Shown here: positions 26,190 to 36,543 of the stretch, piece after piece
Position numbering within the stretch: the first letter of the stretch is position 1
Layout of the letters: every line of letters starts with the position of its first letter
NCBI GenBank assembly: GCA_037310415.1
Contig: CP147780.1
Location: forward strand, 1,504,001 to 1,568,000
Direction of reading: 5' to 3'
Source of the DNA: Candidatus Atabeyarchaeum deiterrae
Lineage (GTDB): Archaea; Asgardarchaeota; Atabeyarchaeia; Atabeyarchaeales; Atabeyarchaeaceae
Length of the DNA stretch: 64,000 nucleotides
Program-made: the position numbers and the translations under genes
Notes under the pieces: generated by a model
Databases searched by the model: none
What the model saw: only the letters and a program-made list of their open reading frames with translations
Told to the model about the DNA's origin: nothing

Positions 26190-27287
26190 TTGCTATACTT
26201 TGTCATCTTAACTCAAAAATGTAACTTGCGATGCACTTACTGTGGCTACGGAGAAGATGACGACGAATCAACACCTTCCGAAGTCAACTACACAGTCGAG
26301 GACCTCAGGAAGTTCATTATGCAAGACCCAGAAGCATCAATCATATTCTATGGCGGCGAACCCCTACTTCGCCTCCCGCTCATGCAGACAATAATGAACT
26401 CGATTCACGCCAAGAGATACATGCTCCAGACAAATGCGTTCGGACTAGAAAACTTGAAAACCGAGTACCTGCGTAGATTTGACGCCATACTTGTTTCGAT
26501 CGACGGTCGAAAAGAAACAACGGATTACTACCGAGGAAACGGAGCCTATGACAAGATCACTGGAAACCTGAAACTGGCGAGGAAAAGAGGATACTCAGGT
26601 GACCTCATAGCCAGGATGACTGTATCTGAGCGGACTGACATATTCCTTGACGTAATGCATCTTCTTGAACTCAAGGATCCGAAGTTCGATCATGTTCACT
26701 GGCAACTTGACGCTCTCTGGGATTATCCACCAGAGGTACGTTGGAGAGATTTCAAAAAGTGGATGACTGATTCGTACTGTCCAGGGATTGTGAAGCTTGC
26801 AAGAACTTGGGGTGACACGATTTACGTGGAGAAAAAGGTTCTCCCCATAGTACCATTCATGGGTGTGCTCTGGACCATTCTTAATGATGGAAAAGTAGGT
26901 TTAAGATGTGGCTCTGGAATTGGCTCATTTGCAGTCACCACCTCTGGCGTTATAACGGTCTGCCCGATAGCGCCGGAATGGGAGTTCGCCAAGGTGGGAG
27001 ATATTTTTCAAAGTAGACCACAGGATCTTCCTGGCAAGGTTGTGGTAGGTACTCCATGCACTGAATGCGACACGTCTGACATATGCGGCGGTAGGTGCCT
27101 CTTCACAAATAAGACCAAACTATGGGGTGAGACAGGATTCGGCGAGGTTTGCAAGCCCACGAAGATCATGATTAATGAACTCGCAAAACTGAAAACCAAA
27201 ATCATAGAAATGATCATAGAGAAGAAGGCATCAAGAGAAGACTTCAACTATCCCACATTCAATAACGGTCTCGAAATCATACCATAG
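26190..27287 (+). CDS. radical SAM/SPASM domain protein
   Basis: CNLRCTYC, FYGGEP, C-terminal CxxCxxxxxCxGxC. Confidence 0.9.
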   Translation: MLYFVILTQKCNLRCTYCGYGEDDDESTPSEVNYTVEDLRKFIMQDPEASIIFYGGEPLLRLPLMQTIMNSIHAKRYMLQTNAFGLENLKTEYLRRFDAILVSIDGRKETTDYYRGNGAYDKITGNLKLARKRGYSGDLIARMTVSERTDIFLDVMHLLELKDPKFDHVHWQLDALWDYPPEVRWRDFKKWMTDSYCPGIVKLARTWGDTIYVEKKVLPIVPFMGVLWTILNDGKVGLRCGSGIGSFAVTTSGVITVCPIAPEWEFAKVGDIFQSRPQDLPGKVVVGTPCTECDTSDICGGRCLFTNKTKLWGETGFGEVCKPTKIMINELAKLKTKIIEMIIEKKASREDFNYPTFNNGLEIIP

Positions 27288-27355
27288 CACTGAATAAGCT
27301 CGTTGTCTCCGTTGAAAATGCGGCGCTATCATAATACGACTCCTTAACCCACGCT

Positions 27356-28267
27356 TCATCTAGGGCTCCTCCCCATTACAGTTGGATTCTCAGGGTGACA
27401 CGTCCACTCAGTAAACGAGCCTTCATATAGTCTGACACTAGGATAGCATAAATACCACTTCAAAACGGCGAAACTAAGTGACGCAGAGCGACCGGATCCG
27501 CAGGAACAGATGACCATTTTCTCTGGCTTGATACCCTTTTTATCTATTGCGGATCTTATCTCGGTCATTGGCTTCAGCAGTCTCCTGTTATTTTCATCCA
27601 TAAGGTCGGTCCAAGGTAAGTTTATCGCGCCAGGAATATGGCCCAATTTGATCCAGGGACCTTCGCCTTCATAATGACGCGAAACTCGCGTGTCAAGATG
27701 AATAACGTCTTTCCGATCCTTAACAGCCTTGAAATCCTCATATTCCAAGAAATGGTCGGAGTTCACTTTAGCCTTGAATTTGGATACGATAGGTTCGGGA
27801 AAGACTTTTGTTAGCGTTTTTCCTTCACCTTTCCACTTGTCCAAACCACCATCAAGTATGTACACCTTGTTGTGTCCGAAACGCAACAACGTGTAGGCAA
27901 CCACGTACTGCTCATACCCATCGCCCTGGACCTTGAAATTGCCTGCGCTTGTGTACACAATTGCAGGTTGATCGGTCTTTAGACCTATGTTGCGTACAAC
28001 ACTTTCGAAGACCTCTGGGCACACATACTGATTCGGCACGCCTTTCAGAGGCGCTCTAAACAGCTTCTCGCTCAAATATGCCGCGCCTGGAACATGTTCA
28101 TCAATGTAATCATGCATGTCGGGCTGCGCATCAATAATCGTGAGACCAGCGTTCAAGTGCTCCTCCAACCAGTCGGTGGAAACCCATTTAACCCCGCCCG
28201 CTCCCGGAGGGTATGGAAAGTTCTCCAATATCCGTTCACTCCTTTCACATATGCTTGAGGACCTCAA
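27356..28267 (-). CDS. tandem-rhodanese sulfurtransferase
   Basis: VSTDWL, HVPGA, GHIPGA, CGSGRSA, LYEGSFTEW. Confidence 0.92.
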   Translation of the reverse strand: MRSSSICERSERILENFPYPPGAGGVKWVSTDWLEEHLNAGLTIIDAQPDMHDYIDEHVPGAAYLSEKLFRAPLKGVPNQYVCPEVFESVVRNIGLKTDQPAIVYTSAGNFKVQGDGYEQYVVAYTLLRFGHNKVYILDGGLDKWKGEGKTLTKVFPEPIVSKFKAKVNSDHFLEYEDFKAVKDRKDVIHLDTRVSRHYEGEGPWIKLGHIPGAINLPWTDLMDENNRRLLKPMTEIRSAIDKKGIKPEKMVICSCGSGRSASLSFAVLKWYLCYPSVRLYEGSFTEWTCHPENPTVMGRSPR

Positions 28268-28457
28268 CTATTTGACCAATAGGGGTTCGGTGCCTATCTT
28301 AACTTTGCTGAGGCTTCTCTTCTCGGTCAAGTTATATCGCCGATTATGGTTAACCTTAAATACCCGCGAAACCGCTCAAAGTCTGAACATCTAAGGCTTT
28401 CAAAACGGTTATTGATCCTGCCGCTCGGCAGGTATTGCTGTAAGGTGAAGAAACAAC

Positions 28458-28925
28458 ATGGCCGAATACAAACGAGGAATAGAAGCAGGAATTCTCGCTG
28501 GACTAATCGAGGGGATAATTGCTGGCATACTATTTTACGCATTGTATCAGTTTTTGTTCACAGACATGATTGCTGCAGCGCAAGCGGATGCTGTTTCGCA
28601 TGGGTATAGTGGACCTGCGCTTCAAGCATACATGAGTACGTGGGTCGGGAATGCCTCGCTAATCATGTTAGTAATCCAGTTCATTGGCGCGGTAGTATGG
28701 GGCGTAATTATCGGCTCGATCTACGCTAATGCCTACAAGCCAGTCGCAGGCGGCTCAATTGTCAAGGGCATCATCCTTGGGTTCATCTTCTGGATACTTG
28801 TTCTGATACCATCTTTCTCTTACGTCACCGCCATACTATACGATATCATAAGTATGTTGCTCGGAGTGTTCTTGTTCGGCGTACTCATTGGATTCTTCTG
28901 GGACAAATTGGGCGGGAAGAAGTAG
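28458..28925 (+). CDS. small integral membrane protein
   Basis: About four hydrophobic Gly-rich helices. Confidence 0.7.
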   Translation: MAEYKRGIEAGILAGLIEGIIAGILFYALYQFLFTDMIAAAQADAVSHGYSGPALQAYMSTWVGNASLIMLVIQFIGAVVWGVIIGSIYANAYKPVAGGSIVKGIILGFIFWILVLIPSFSYVTAILYDIISMLLGVFLFGVLIGFFWDKLGGKK

Positions 28926-29340
28926 ACGGTCAATCGTCGTCGGGACAGGAATGTCCAATCCTCTTTTTTCATGTTTGTTGAATCCAGAAGTGGAAAGACT
29001 ATCTCAGCGTTGGAATCCGATTGGGATTCGTGGGCGAATATGCTGAAGAGAGAACCAGTTCCTCTTTGTTGGAGATGGGTCGCACCGAAGAGAGCAACCC
29101 ATGGTGTTTCCTCAACAGAAAGCTTTTTATTAATGCATCTGACTATCTAATGCGATATTCAGAAGACGTAATGACGATTTTCCATTTGTATAATCTGGAT
29201 GAGTAACATCCTTCCGAATCACTCACTAATTGAATAATGTTACGCAAGTAATATCCCTGAGCATTGATGGACATACGGAAGACCGCACCAAAAGATGGAA
29301 ATCTTGGTTTCAGCCTGACGGTTGTGGAGGTAGACACACG

Positions 29341-30036
29341 ATGTCAGATCAATTCGTGGTAGAAGCGCACAACTTAAAGAAGATCTACAAGTTGGGCAAG
29401 ACTGAAGTTCAGGCTTTAAGAGGCATAGACTTCACAGTCTCGGCAGGCGAGTTCATAGCTGTAATGGGCGTCTCAGGCAGTGGGAAATCAACACTTCTGC
29501 AGCTACTAGGAGGACTCGACCGCCCTTCAGGAGGAACCATAAAGATCGATGGCGTGGACATATCAACTCTGAAAGACAACCAGTTGGCTGAGATCAGATC
29601 AAAGAAGATCGGCTTCGTTTTCCAATTCTTCAACCTGCTGAATAGAGTAACAGCGCTGAGAAACGTACGACTACCATTGGAGATCGCTGGAGTATCAGGC
29701 AAGGAAGCGGAGAGTCGAGCACTAAAGATGTTGGGTGTAGTTGGTCTCAAGGGGAGAGCCAATCACCGCCCCACGGAGCTGAGCGGCGGCGAACAGCAAC
29801 GAGTGGCAATAGCTCGCGCGCTGATAAATAACCCGAGAATAATCCTAGCAGATGAGCCCACAGGCAACTTGGACAGCAAGACGGGCTCAGATATATTGCA
29901 GTTACTTAAACGAATAAACAAGCAAAACAATCAGACGATCGTCATCGTGTCACACGACTCGCGTGTAGCTGGACTCGCAGACAGGACACTTAGTCTAAAG
30001 GACGGACAAATACTAAATGAGAAAACAAACAGGTAG
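29341..30036 (+). CDS. ABC transporter ATP-binding protein (LolD/MacB type)
   Basis: [30 protein letters not shown]. Confidence 0.95.
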   Translation: MSDQFVVEAHNLKKIYKLGKTEVQALRGIDFTVSAGEFIAVMGVSGSGKSTLLQLLGGLDRPSGGTIKIDGVDISTLKDNQLAEIRSKKIGFVFQFFNLLNRVTALRNVRLPLEIAGVSGKEAESRALKMLGVVGLKGRANHRPTELSGGEQQRVAIARALINNPRIILADEPTGNLDSKTGSDILQLLKRINKQNNQTIVIVSHDSRVAGLADRTLSLKDGQILNEKTNR

Positions 30037-30081
30037 GCTCACTAGTCGATGCAGCAATGAGAACGGAGGTTGCGTTTGCAA

Positions 30082-31356
30082 ATGAGGAAGAGAAGTATAG
30101 TCTCGATGTCTTTCAGCGCCCTGAAACAAAGAAAGCTGAGAACCAGCCTGACAACCCTGGGAATAGTTGTCGGAATAATGACAATAGTAGCAATATCTTC
30201 CCTCAGCGGAGGCTTTCAAACACAAATCACTGGTATGCTTACAAGCGGTTTTGAAACTGACGTGATCACTGTCAACTCGGGCTCGATCTTAGGTGGAGGC
30301 GGAGTCACTATCGTGCAGCAGGATGTGCAAAACATAAGCCACATTTCAGGGGTCAAGGTTGCAACGGGAATGATTCAGACGTCGGTCAAGATATTCGAGG
30401 GCAACAGAAACGTCTCAACAGCCATATATGGGGTAAACTTCACTGAATTCTTCGAGATATATCAGAGTAAACTATCCTTCGCTAGCGGTTCCTTGCCAAA
30501 CCCAGTCACTAACGATACAGTGATTCTTGGGTACAGTGATAATCCAATAGCAACCGTAGGCCAGAATGTGTCAGTGCAGTTCTTCATAAGTGGGATCATT
30601 GGAAACAAGAACCTTACAAATGTGAAAGTCGCTGGAGCCTTCAACAAAGTTGGCTTCGCTGGACTAACAATAATAGATGGAGCAGCGTTTGTTCCTTTAG
30701 ATACAATAACGAGTTTCTATAGTAAATACAACAAAACTAGAAATCTCGACACGGTCTTAGTGAAGGTCTTAGATGCAAACAAGGCAGAACAGATCGGAGA
30801 TCAGATTAAGAGCTATTTTGGCAACCAAGCGACTGTCATAGTTCCATCTAGCTTCATACAAACGATGCAGAGGATCCTCAATATTGTAACCATCTTCTTG
30901 CTGGGAATCGGATCGATCGCTCTGCTCGTTGCTGGGATAGGCATAATGAACATAATGACGGTTGCCGTTATGGAGAGAACCCGAGAGATCGGTATACTAA
31001 AGGCATTGGGAGCAAAGAATAGGACGGTGCTAGCGCAATTTCTCACAGAAGCAGCCTTAATAGGCCTGATCGGGGGTCTAATAGCAATTCCCGCTGGAAT
31101 AGGCGTCGCCTATATTATGGGAAGAGTGCTGCCAGGACTATTCTCATCGCAGACGATGGGAGGCACATTCGGCGGCGGTGGCGGCGGAGGATCAATCTTT
31201 GGCAATGGAGGAGATTTCGTCCTTACCCCTGTTATTGACCCGATGAACATGTTGATTGCAATATCGTTTGGTCTCATCATCACGGTAGTCTTCGCACTCT
31301 ACCCAGCTCGCAAGGCTTCGAAACTTCACCCTGTGCAGGCACTTAGATATGAATAA
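30082..31356 (+). CDS. ABC transporter permease (MacB/FtsX type)
   Basis: GIMNIM..VMERTREIGILKALGA, YPARKAS...ALRYE. Confidence 0.95.
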   Translation: MRKRSIVSMSFSALKQRKLRTSLTTLGIVVGIMTIVAISSLSGGFQTQITGMLTSGFETDVITVNSGSILGGGGVTIVQQDVQNISHISGVKVATGMIQTSVKIFEGNRNVSTAIYGVNFTEFFEIYQSKLSFASGSLPNPVTNDTVILGYSDNPIATVGQNVSVQFFISGIIGNKNLTNVKVAGAFNKVGFAGLTIIDGAAFVPLDTITSFYSKYNKTRNLDTVLVKVLDANKAEQIGDQIKSYFGNQATVIVPSSFIQTMQRILNIVTIFLLGIGSIALLVAGIGIMNIMTVAVMERTREIGILKALGAKNRTVLAQFLTEAALIGLIGGLIAIPAGIGVAYIMGRVLPGLFSSQTMGGTFGGGGGGGSIFGNGGDFVLTPVIDPMNMLIAISFGLIITVVFALYPARKASKLHPVQALRYE

Positions 31357-31508
31357 GGCGCACCACCGAGAATTCAGCTGGAAAGCTGCTAGTGCAAACA
31401 ACACCCTTGCCTTGGGGAACTGAGGAGGCTCCTCTAAGCCTCCACCAAATTTCTTCTGGTCGTTGTTCTGCTTTTATGACAATACTTGGAAAGGAGGTGC
31501 GCTGGTCT

Positions 31509-32225
31509 CTATTCTGCAACTTCTCGCACTCTGAGCTGATTAGAAATGTACCAAATTACGTCGCTAGGTGTAATCTTGACTCCGAGTTTTCCCCCAATCT
31601 GATAAGCCTTAACGAATTTAGCGGCCCAGATTGTCTTGAATCTACCAACCTCTGTCGGGAACTCCCTCAGCTTTCTGACCTCCTCTTCGGTCAGATTACA
31701 TCCTTCTCTTAGTGCAACTCTCCGGGATATTTCTGTTTCCAACCCTTCTTTGTGGGTAGTCGAGATCTTTTCTGTGAACTCAGTTAGCTTTCCCTTCGTT
31801 GCTGCGTTCTCCCATTGGCTTATTAGCTCCGAGATGACTATCCTCAAGGCTTCATAGATTGGGGTTGACGCTATTCCCCTGTCAATTAAACTATGTATAA
31901 TCGGGTTTAAAGTGTAACGTGTCTTGACATTGAGAAGACCCAACTGACTTGGGACCCGTGCCATTGTTCTGGGGTTCTGGTCGCTCAGCCTCGCGGTGAC
32001 TCTACCGAGTGCTTCCTTGTACTCCTGCTCTGTTACGGCAATCGAAATGTTGTGCAAAACCTGAACTGTGGACTGAATGTCACTAACAGGCTCTTCAACA
32101 AAGTTCCTAATCTCTTCAATACTAACAAACTGCTCAACCATAGCCGCATCAAAAAGTAGATGAGACACCGTTAGAACAAGTCCTTTGCCTTTCATCTCCC
32201 TGATTCCACCCTTGGAACCCCTCAT
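31509..32225 (-). CDS. hypothetical protein
   Basis: 238-aa ORF with protein-like composition; no family recognised. Confidence 0.55.
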   Translation of the reverse strand: MRGSKGGIREMKGKGLVLTVSHLLFDAAMVEQFVSIEEIRNFVEEPVSDIQSTVQVLHNISIAVTEQEYKEALGRVTARLSDQNPRTMARVPSQLGLLNVKTRYTLNPIIHSLIDRGIASTPIYEALRIVISELISQWENAATKGKLTEFTEKISTTHKEGLETEISRRVALREGCNLTEEEVRKLREFPTEVGRFKTIWAAKFVKAYQIGGKLGVKITPSDVIWYISNQLRVREVAE

Positions 32226-32628
32226 CGCATCACAAGTTTCTGAACATAAGACAGTACCGCGCCAGATGATTCAACAATGTGCCGTCAGATCCTTAGAGCA
32301 TTGAAAGTAAATAAACTTGAAGGCATGTAGATCTTACCACTTGAAAAAGCAGAGGCCTCGCTTGAACTGACTACGTTCATTTAATTCAAAGCGAAGCGCG
32401 AGACAGGAAAGGCGGATTACCTCTGCGTTCCTACTTGTTTCTCTTCTTGGCAGAGATTGGTTCATGAAAGTTCGGAATCAGAGACAATAAATACTGTTTC
32501 TTGAGGAACTCTCTTCAGCAACTCCACCACTTCTTTTATTAAGGTCAATGCCTCCAAACGTAGTACGTGCGCATCCAGGCGCGACTCATCAACCGGTGCA
32601 GAGACTGCCTCATCGGAGAAGAGACATC

Positions 32629-33246
32629 ATGCAGGCAACAATACTAAGAACGAAGAAGGGAAGACTCTACCTGCTATTCCTCACTATCGCTGGCGCTCTC
32701 TTAGTTCTCGCTCCGTTCTTAGCTTGGCTCTATTATGATGTCGAATGCGAAAACGGAGGATTTCTGTCAAACGTTTCTGTCATCGTGACAGGATTCGGTT
32801 CATTGACAACTTCGAACCCAATTATTGGAGTCACATATGTTTTCCCTCCCCTTCAAGGCTGGTGGTACGGCGATCTCACCATGATTGTCGGGGCACTAGT
32901 CGTCGTCGACTCACTGCTGGTTTTGTACAGGCCAGAGACAGCGGGGTTGATAGCGTTTCTACTTAGCTTCATCAACATACCCACATCTTTGTTTTTCTTG
33001 GGCCGATTAGGAGAGATTGAGGTCATGGTCTTAAACTTCGTTTCAGCGATACAAGGCGCCGGATACGCCATAGTGGGCACCGCCTCTGGCTATGCCATTG
33101 GCTTCTATCTTGAAGTCATCGGGACTTTCCTGCTACCCATTGCGAGCGTCTTCATTACAACAAACGCCGCTAAGCTAAAACAAGCGGCGGAGAAAGAAGA
33201 AGACAAAAGGAAGAAACTTGCAGAACAGAAGACTCTTCTGGAATAG
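32629..33246 (+). CDS. membrane protein
   Basis: About four TM segments, charged C-terminal tail. Confidence 0.65.
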   Translation: MQATILRTKKGRLYLLFLTIAGALLVLAPFLAWLYYDVECENGGFLSNVSVIVTGFGSLTTSNPIIGVTYVFPPLQGWWYGDLTMIVGALVVVDSLLVLYRPETAGLIAFLLSFINIPTSLFFLGRLGEIEVMVLNFVSAIQGAGYAIVGTASGYAIGFYLEVIGTFLLPIASVFITTNAAKLKQAAEKEEDKRKKLAEQKTLLE

Positions 33247-33421
33247 TTGGATACTCTGATTGTTCTTATCTCTTGTATTTATCTCCAGATAGCTGTGTCA
33301 AAGCAGTACTCTGCCGAGAACAAAACTAGGTCCAATTGGAGTGAGAGCACGCTTGCGCGCAATAGACCTGTTAAAGAACCAAAAAAAGGAAGAAGGTTGA
33401 AGTGGCTTATTCTTTCGGCTT

Positions 33422-33799
33422 CTATTTGCCCATGTATCCTAGCAGACCACCGAGAATCGACAATATGCTGCCGACCCAATAGAAGTCAGCGCCGATGAAG
33501 CCGATGAAGGTGCCGACGAGGTTGAGCAATCCGAATACTAGAATGATGATGCCAAACATCTTGTTCTTCTTAGTATACATGAAGATGCTCAAGAGTAGTA
33601 TCAAGATTCCCCAGACCAGCGCGATGTATCCACCGATTAGATATGGACCAAGTAACGCGAGAAGCGCAGGTGCGTACGCCAAGAGTATTGCCAAAGCAGG
33701 GTATGTGATTAATGCATATAGTGCGCCGGCTGCTAGTATGATGATGCCACCGATCAAACTAAGTATGAATCCTATTACTGGCTTTGCGCCTTTAGACAT
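33422..33799 (-). CDS. small Gly-rich membrane protein
   Basis: GFILSLIGGIII...GSILSILGGLLG internal repeat. Confidence 0.7.
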   Translation of the reverse strand: MSKGAKPVIGFILSLIGGIIILAAGALYALITYPALAILLAYAPALLALLGPYLIGGYIALVWGILILLLSIFMYTKKNKMFGIIILVFGLLNLVGTFIGFIGADFYWVGSILSILGGLLGYMGK

Positions 33800-34125
33800 G
33801 TCTTCCTCACCTATTGTTTTGTTTTCATTATAGTCCAAGGACTCAGCGACCCATTGTCACCTAGACCTTGGCTTAAGCAAGCTAATGGTCGTGCTGATAT
33901 TTAAGGTTGATTCTTCTCCCTTACGAACTGCGTGGACAATTATCGCCCTCCATCTAGCAAAAGGACTGAAGGTTGCGAAATCTAAGTACAATCAGAGGCA
34001 AATGTGAAAGAATTGGCAATTCTTGGAAGCTTTGACTGTAAAAATGGCTTGTAGATTTAAATACTCTCTAGAAGAAACCCACTATTAAAGAAGAATGCTC
34101 GTTGGTCAGTGCCTTGGCTCTCAGT

Positions 34126-35250
34126 CTACTCTAACTGCAGTTTGCCGTTTCCTATGATCGGTTTCCCATCGATTTCAAGCGTCGCCTTGCTTAGCTCCCC
34201 GATTATCCCGTAGGATGACTTGTTTTTTCCTCCAATGGCTTCATTATCTCCGACGCCTATTGCTACTGCTCCCTCGACGATGTTGTTCATCATGTAGCCA
34301 TACTCTGCTTTGGGGTTCAACCCTATTCCTAATAATGCTATCCTGTCTTTGTCTCCTGAAGCTTTTCCTAGCGTGTCTGAGAGTGGCTCAAGGTTCTTCT
34401 TAGCTGTCATTGAAGTTATCTTTCCTTTCTCAAAGTCCCACTCCAAACCCTCGACGTTTACTCCAAGTGTTTGGATCGGAAGGTCGAAGATCACTTTTCC
34501 ATCTCCACCTGTCTCAACCACAGTAGTCTCGATGAAACCAGCTGGCAATTGAGCGTCAAGGGACTTTCTGGCTATGTCATTTTCATCAATCATGCCATCG
34601 TCGATGTGCACAGGTCTCCCGACCAGTTCTAGAGTCAGACCTGTTCCATTTGCAGCGGTTATCTGCACTTTGTGCCCTTGCTCAAGGATCGATGAGAGTT
34701 CACGTCCCACCTTAGATATCTTCTTCAAGTCGGCCGTGATTGCGTCTTCCATGACATTCTTCCAAGTTCCAAATTTGAATCCATAAGTCTTGGCTCTCTG
34801 AGGTGTCACCAACCCTAACAGGAGATTGGCGCTTCTGATCTTCCTCTCCAAGCTTCTCGGGAAGTGTGCTTTTCTCTCTCCCTCAAACCAAGCCGTGAAC
34901 TTCGATGAAGAGATCTTCTTCAAGAACTCGGGGTTCTCAGGACCGGACAGGTTGACCTGAGCTGTGACCGTCTCTGTGAAAGCTTGACATACCTTCGAGG
35001 GTTCCCTTAGACTCTTCTCCGAGAGTTCCTCCAACAACGAATAGTAGTAGTCATCAGTCCACAAATTAAGCAGGACATCTGCGCCTTGCTTGAAGCATTC
35101 CTTGGAAATGGCGTTGGCGGCATCAATCGTGTGAGGCCAGGTCGTAATAGATACTATGTCACTTGAGTCAATCCTCAACGTGTCATTGACTACTAGCTTG
35201 GCAAGTCTTTCGAACAACGGTTCCTCATCCTCCGTGAGATAGGAAATCAA
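34126..35250 (-). CDS. M29 aminopeptidase-family protein, metal ligands apparently lost
   Basis: NGTGLTL, LPAG, GIGLNP, GVGDN..GGKNKS scaffold. Confidence 0.8.
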   Translation of the reverse strand: MISYLTEDEEPLFERLAKLVVNDTLRIDSSDIVSITTWPHTIDAANAISKECFKQGADVLLNLWTDDYYYSLLEELSEKSLREPSKVCQAFTETVTAQVNLSGPENPEFLKKISSSKFTAWFEGERKAHFPRSLERKIRSANLLLGLVTPQRAKTYGFKFGTWKNVMEDAITADLKKISKVGRELSSILEQGHKVQITAANGTGLTLELVGRPVHIDDGMIDENDIARKSLDAQLPAGFIETTVVETGGDGKVIFDLPIQTLGVNVEGLEWDFEKGKITSMTAKKNLEPLSDTLGKASGDKDRIALLGIGLNPKAEYGYMMNNIVEGAVAIGVGDNEAIGGKNKSSYGIIGELSKATLEIDGKPIIGNGKLQLE

Positions 35251-35683
35251 CCACCTTACTTATAAACCTAACATTGATGGTAATAGATTACGTTCTAGGA
35301 CTATTTCAATGCTTTCAGATTCCTTGTGGCAACTTTCTACCAAGACGATCAGCCTTCAACTACCATTCGTGCCAAGACGGGAAGCGATACCACTTTTGTT
35401 CTTGCTTGCACAATGGGATTGAGGGAATCTGATGCTCTTGGATTGGTTATACAAAAGTTTGTTTCTGAGCGTTGAAGACGATTGGAAAAGACCAGCAATT
35501 CAGATCATGCGACTCGAACATGCGAATGTTAGAGAATGGATGTCGTTTTGCGAATTTCGTTGCAGACTTTAGCGAACGACTACGCAAAATTGAGTTTTCT
35601 CAGAAACTATAAATAGACGAAAAAGGCAAGGGGGGAGGGGGGACATTCGCCTTGTCCCCTTCGAACATCGCCATTCAGAAAGA

Positions 35684-36343
35684 TTGAAGTCAGATCGCGC
35701 GTTCCGTGGTGTTGACTACCAGATGTTGAGCAGAAGTGAAACCGAGAGGCCTCCCGAATTGGAGGAACTCAAGCTCGCAGTGAAGAAACTGAATGAAATC
35801 TATCAGAGAATCAACGCTATCATCCACAGAAGGCAGAAATCTTACATCCTGAGTCCCCTCTCCAAGGAAGAAAATGGGCTGGAAAACATTGAAAGGAAAG
35901 TCCAAAACTTCGGCGAAGCCCTTATGAGCTTCCTCAGGCTAAGAAAGCAAGTTAGAAAAAAAACTAGAGTTTTTACTGAAGGTCTCAGGAACCTTCAAGA
36001 AGCACGAGATGCCAATGAGATCTCCACTCTAATGGGACTAACACTCCTTTCAGACCACTTGGAGTACCGTTACGCCTCAGATAAGCTCATGATGTACTAC
36101 CAGAAAGAACTCAGCCCTTTGATGCCCGAAATAGTCAATACGATGGCGTTGGCTGGGCAAATAAACGAATTTGGCAAGTGGATGGCCGAGTTATCTGACA
36201 AGGATCCCAAGACAGGAGAAGACGACTTGACGAGAATGATACTAGCCATCAGGGATCGCGATGTCGGCAGATTCAATTCACTCTATGATAAACTGGAGCG
36301 GAAAGTTGAGGTTGAAGAAAGAAAAGCTGAGGAAACGCCTTGA
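35684..36343 (+). CDS. hypothetical alpha-helical protein
   Basis: 219-aa ORF downstream of TATAAATA; no family recognised. Confidence 0.6.
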   Translation: MKSDRAFRGVDYQMLSRSETERPPELEELKLAVKKLNEIYQRINAIIHRRQKSYILSPLSKEENGLENIERKVQNFGEALMSFLRLRKQVRKKTRVFTEGLRNLQEARDANEISTLMGLTLLSDHLEYRYASDKLMMYYQKELSPLMPEIVNTMALAGQINEFGKWMAELSDKDPKTGEDDLTRMILAIRDRDVGRFNSLYDKLERKVEVEERKAEETP

Positions 36344-36543
36344 TATCCCTCTTACGGTGAGTCGATCGATGTGCGTCCCCACCGTCAAAGAGGGGCGAAT
36401 CTTCGGCCCAGGTTGTTTTTGAGTTACTCCCTGAAGCTGACTGGTGAGTTGCTGTAACATGTATCCTCTATGACTAATTATATATTGGAATACACTCTTA
36501 TACAAGAAAACACATTCGTCTCTGAAAGTGTTCTTGTTGGAGA

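Noticed and set aside
31168-31190. GGC-rich short repeat
   Set aside because: It encodes a poly-Gly loop of the ABC permease.
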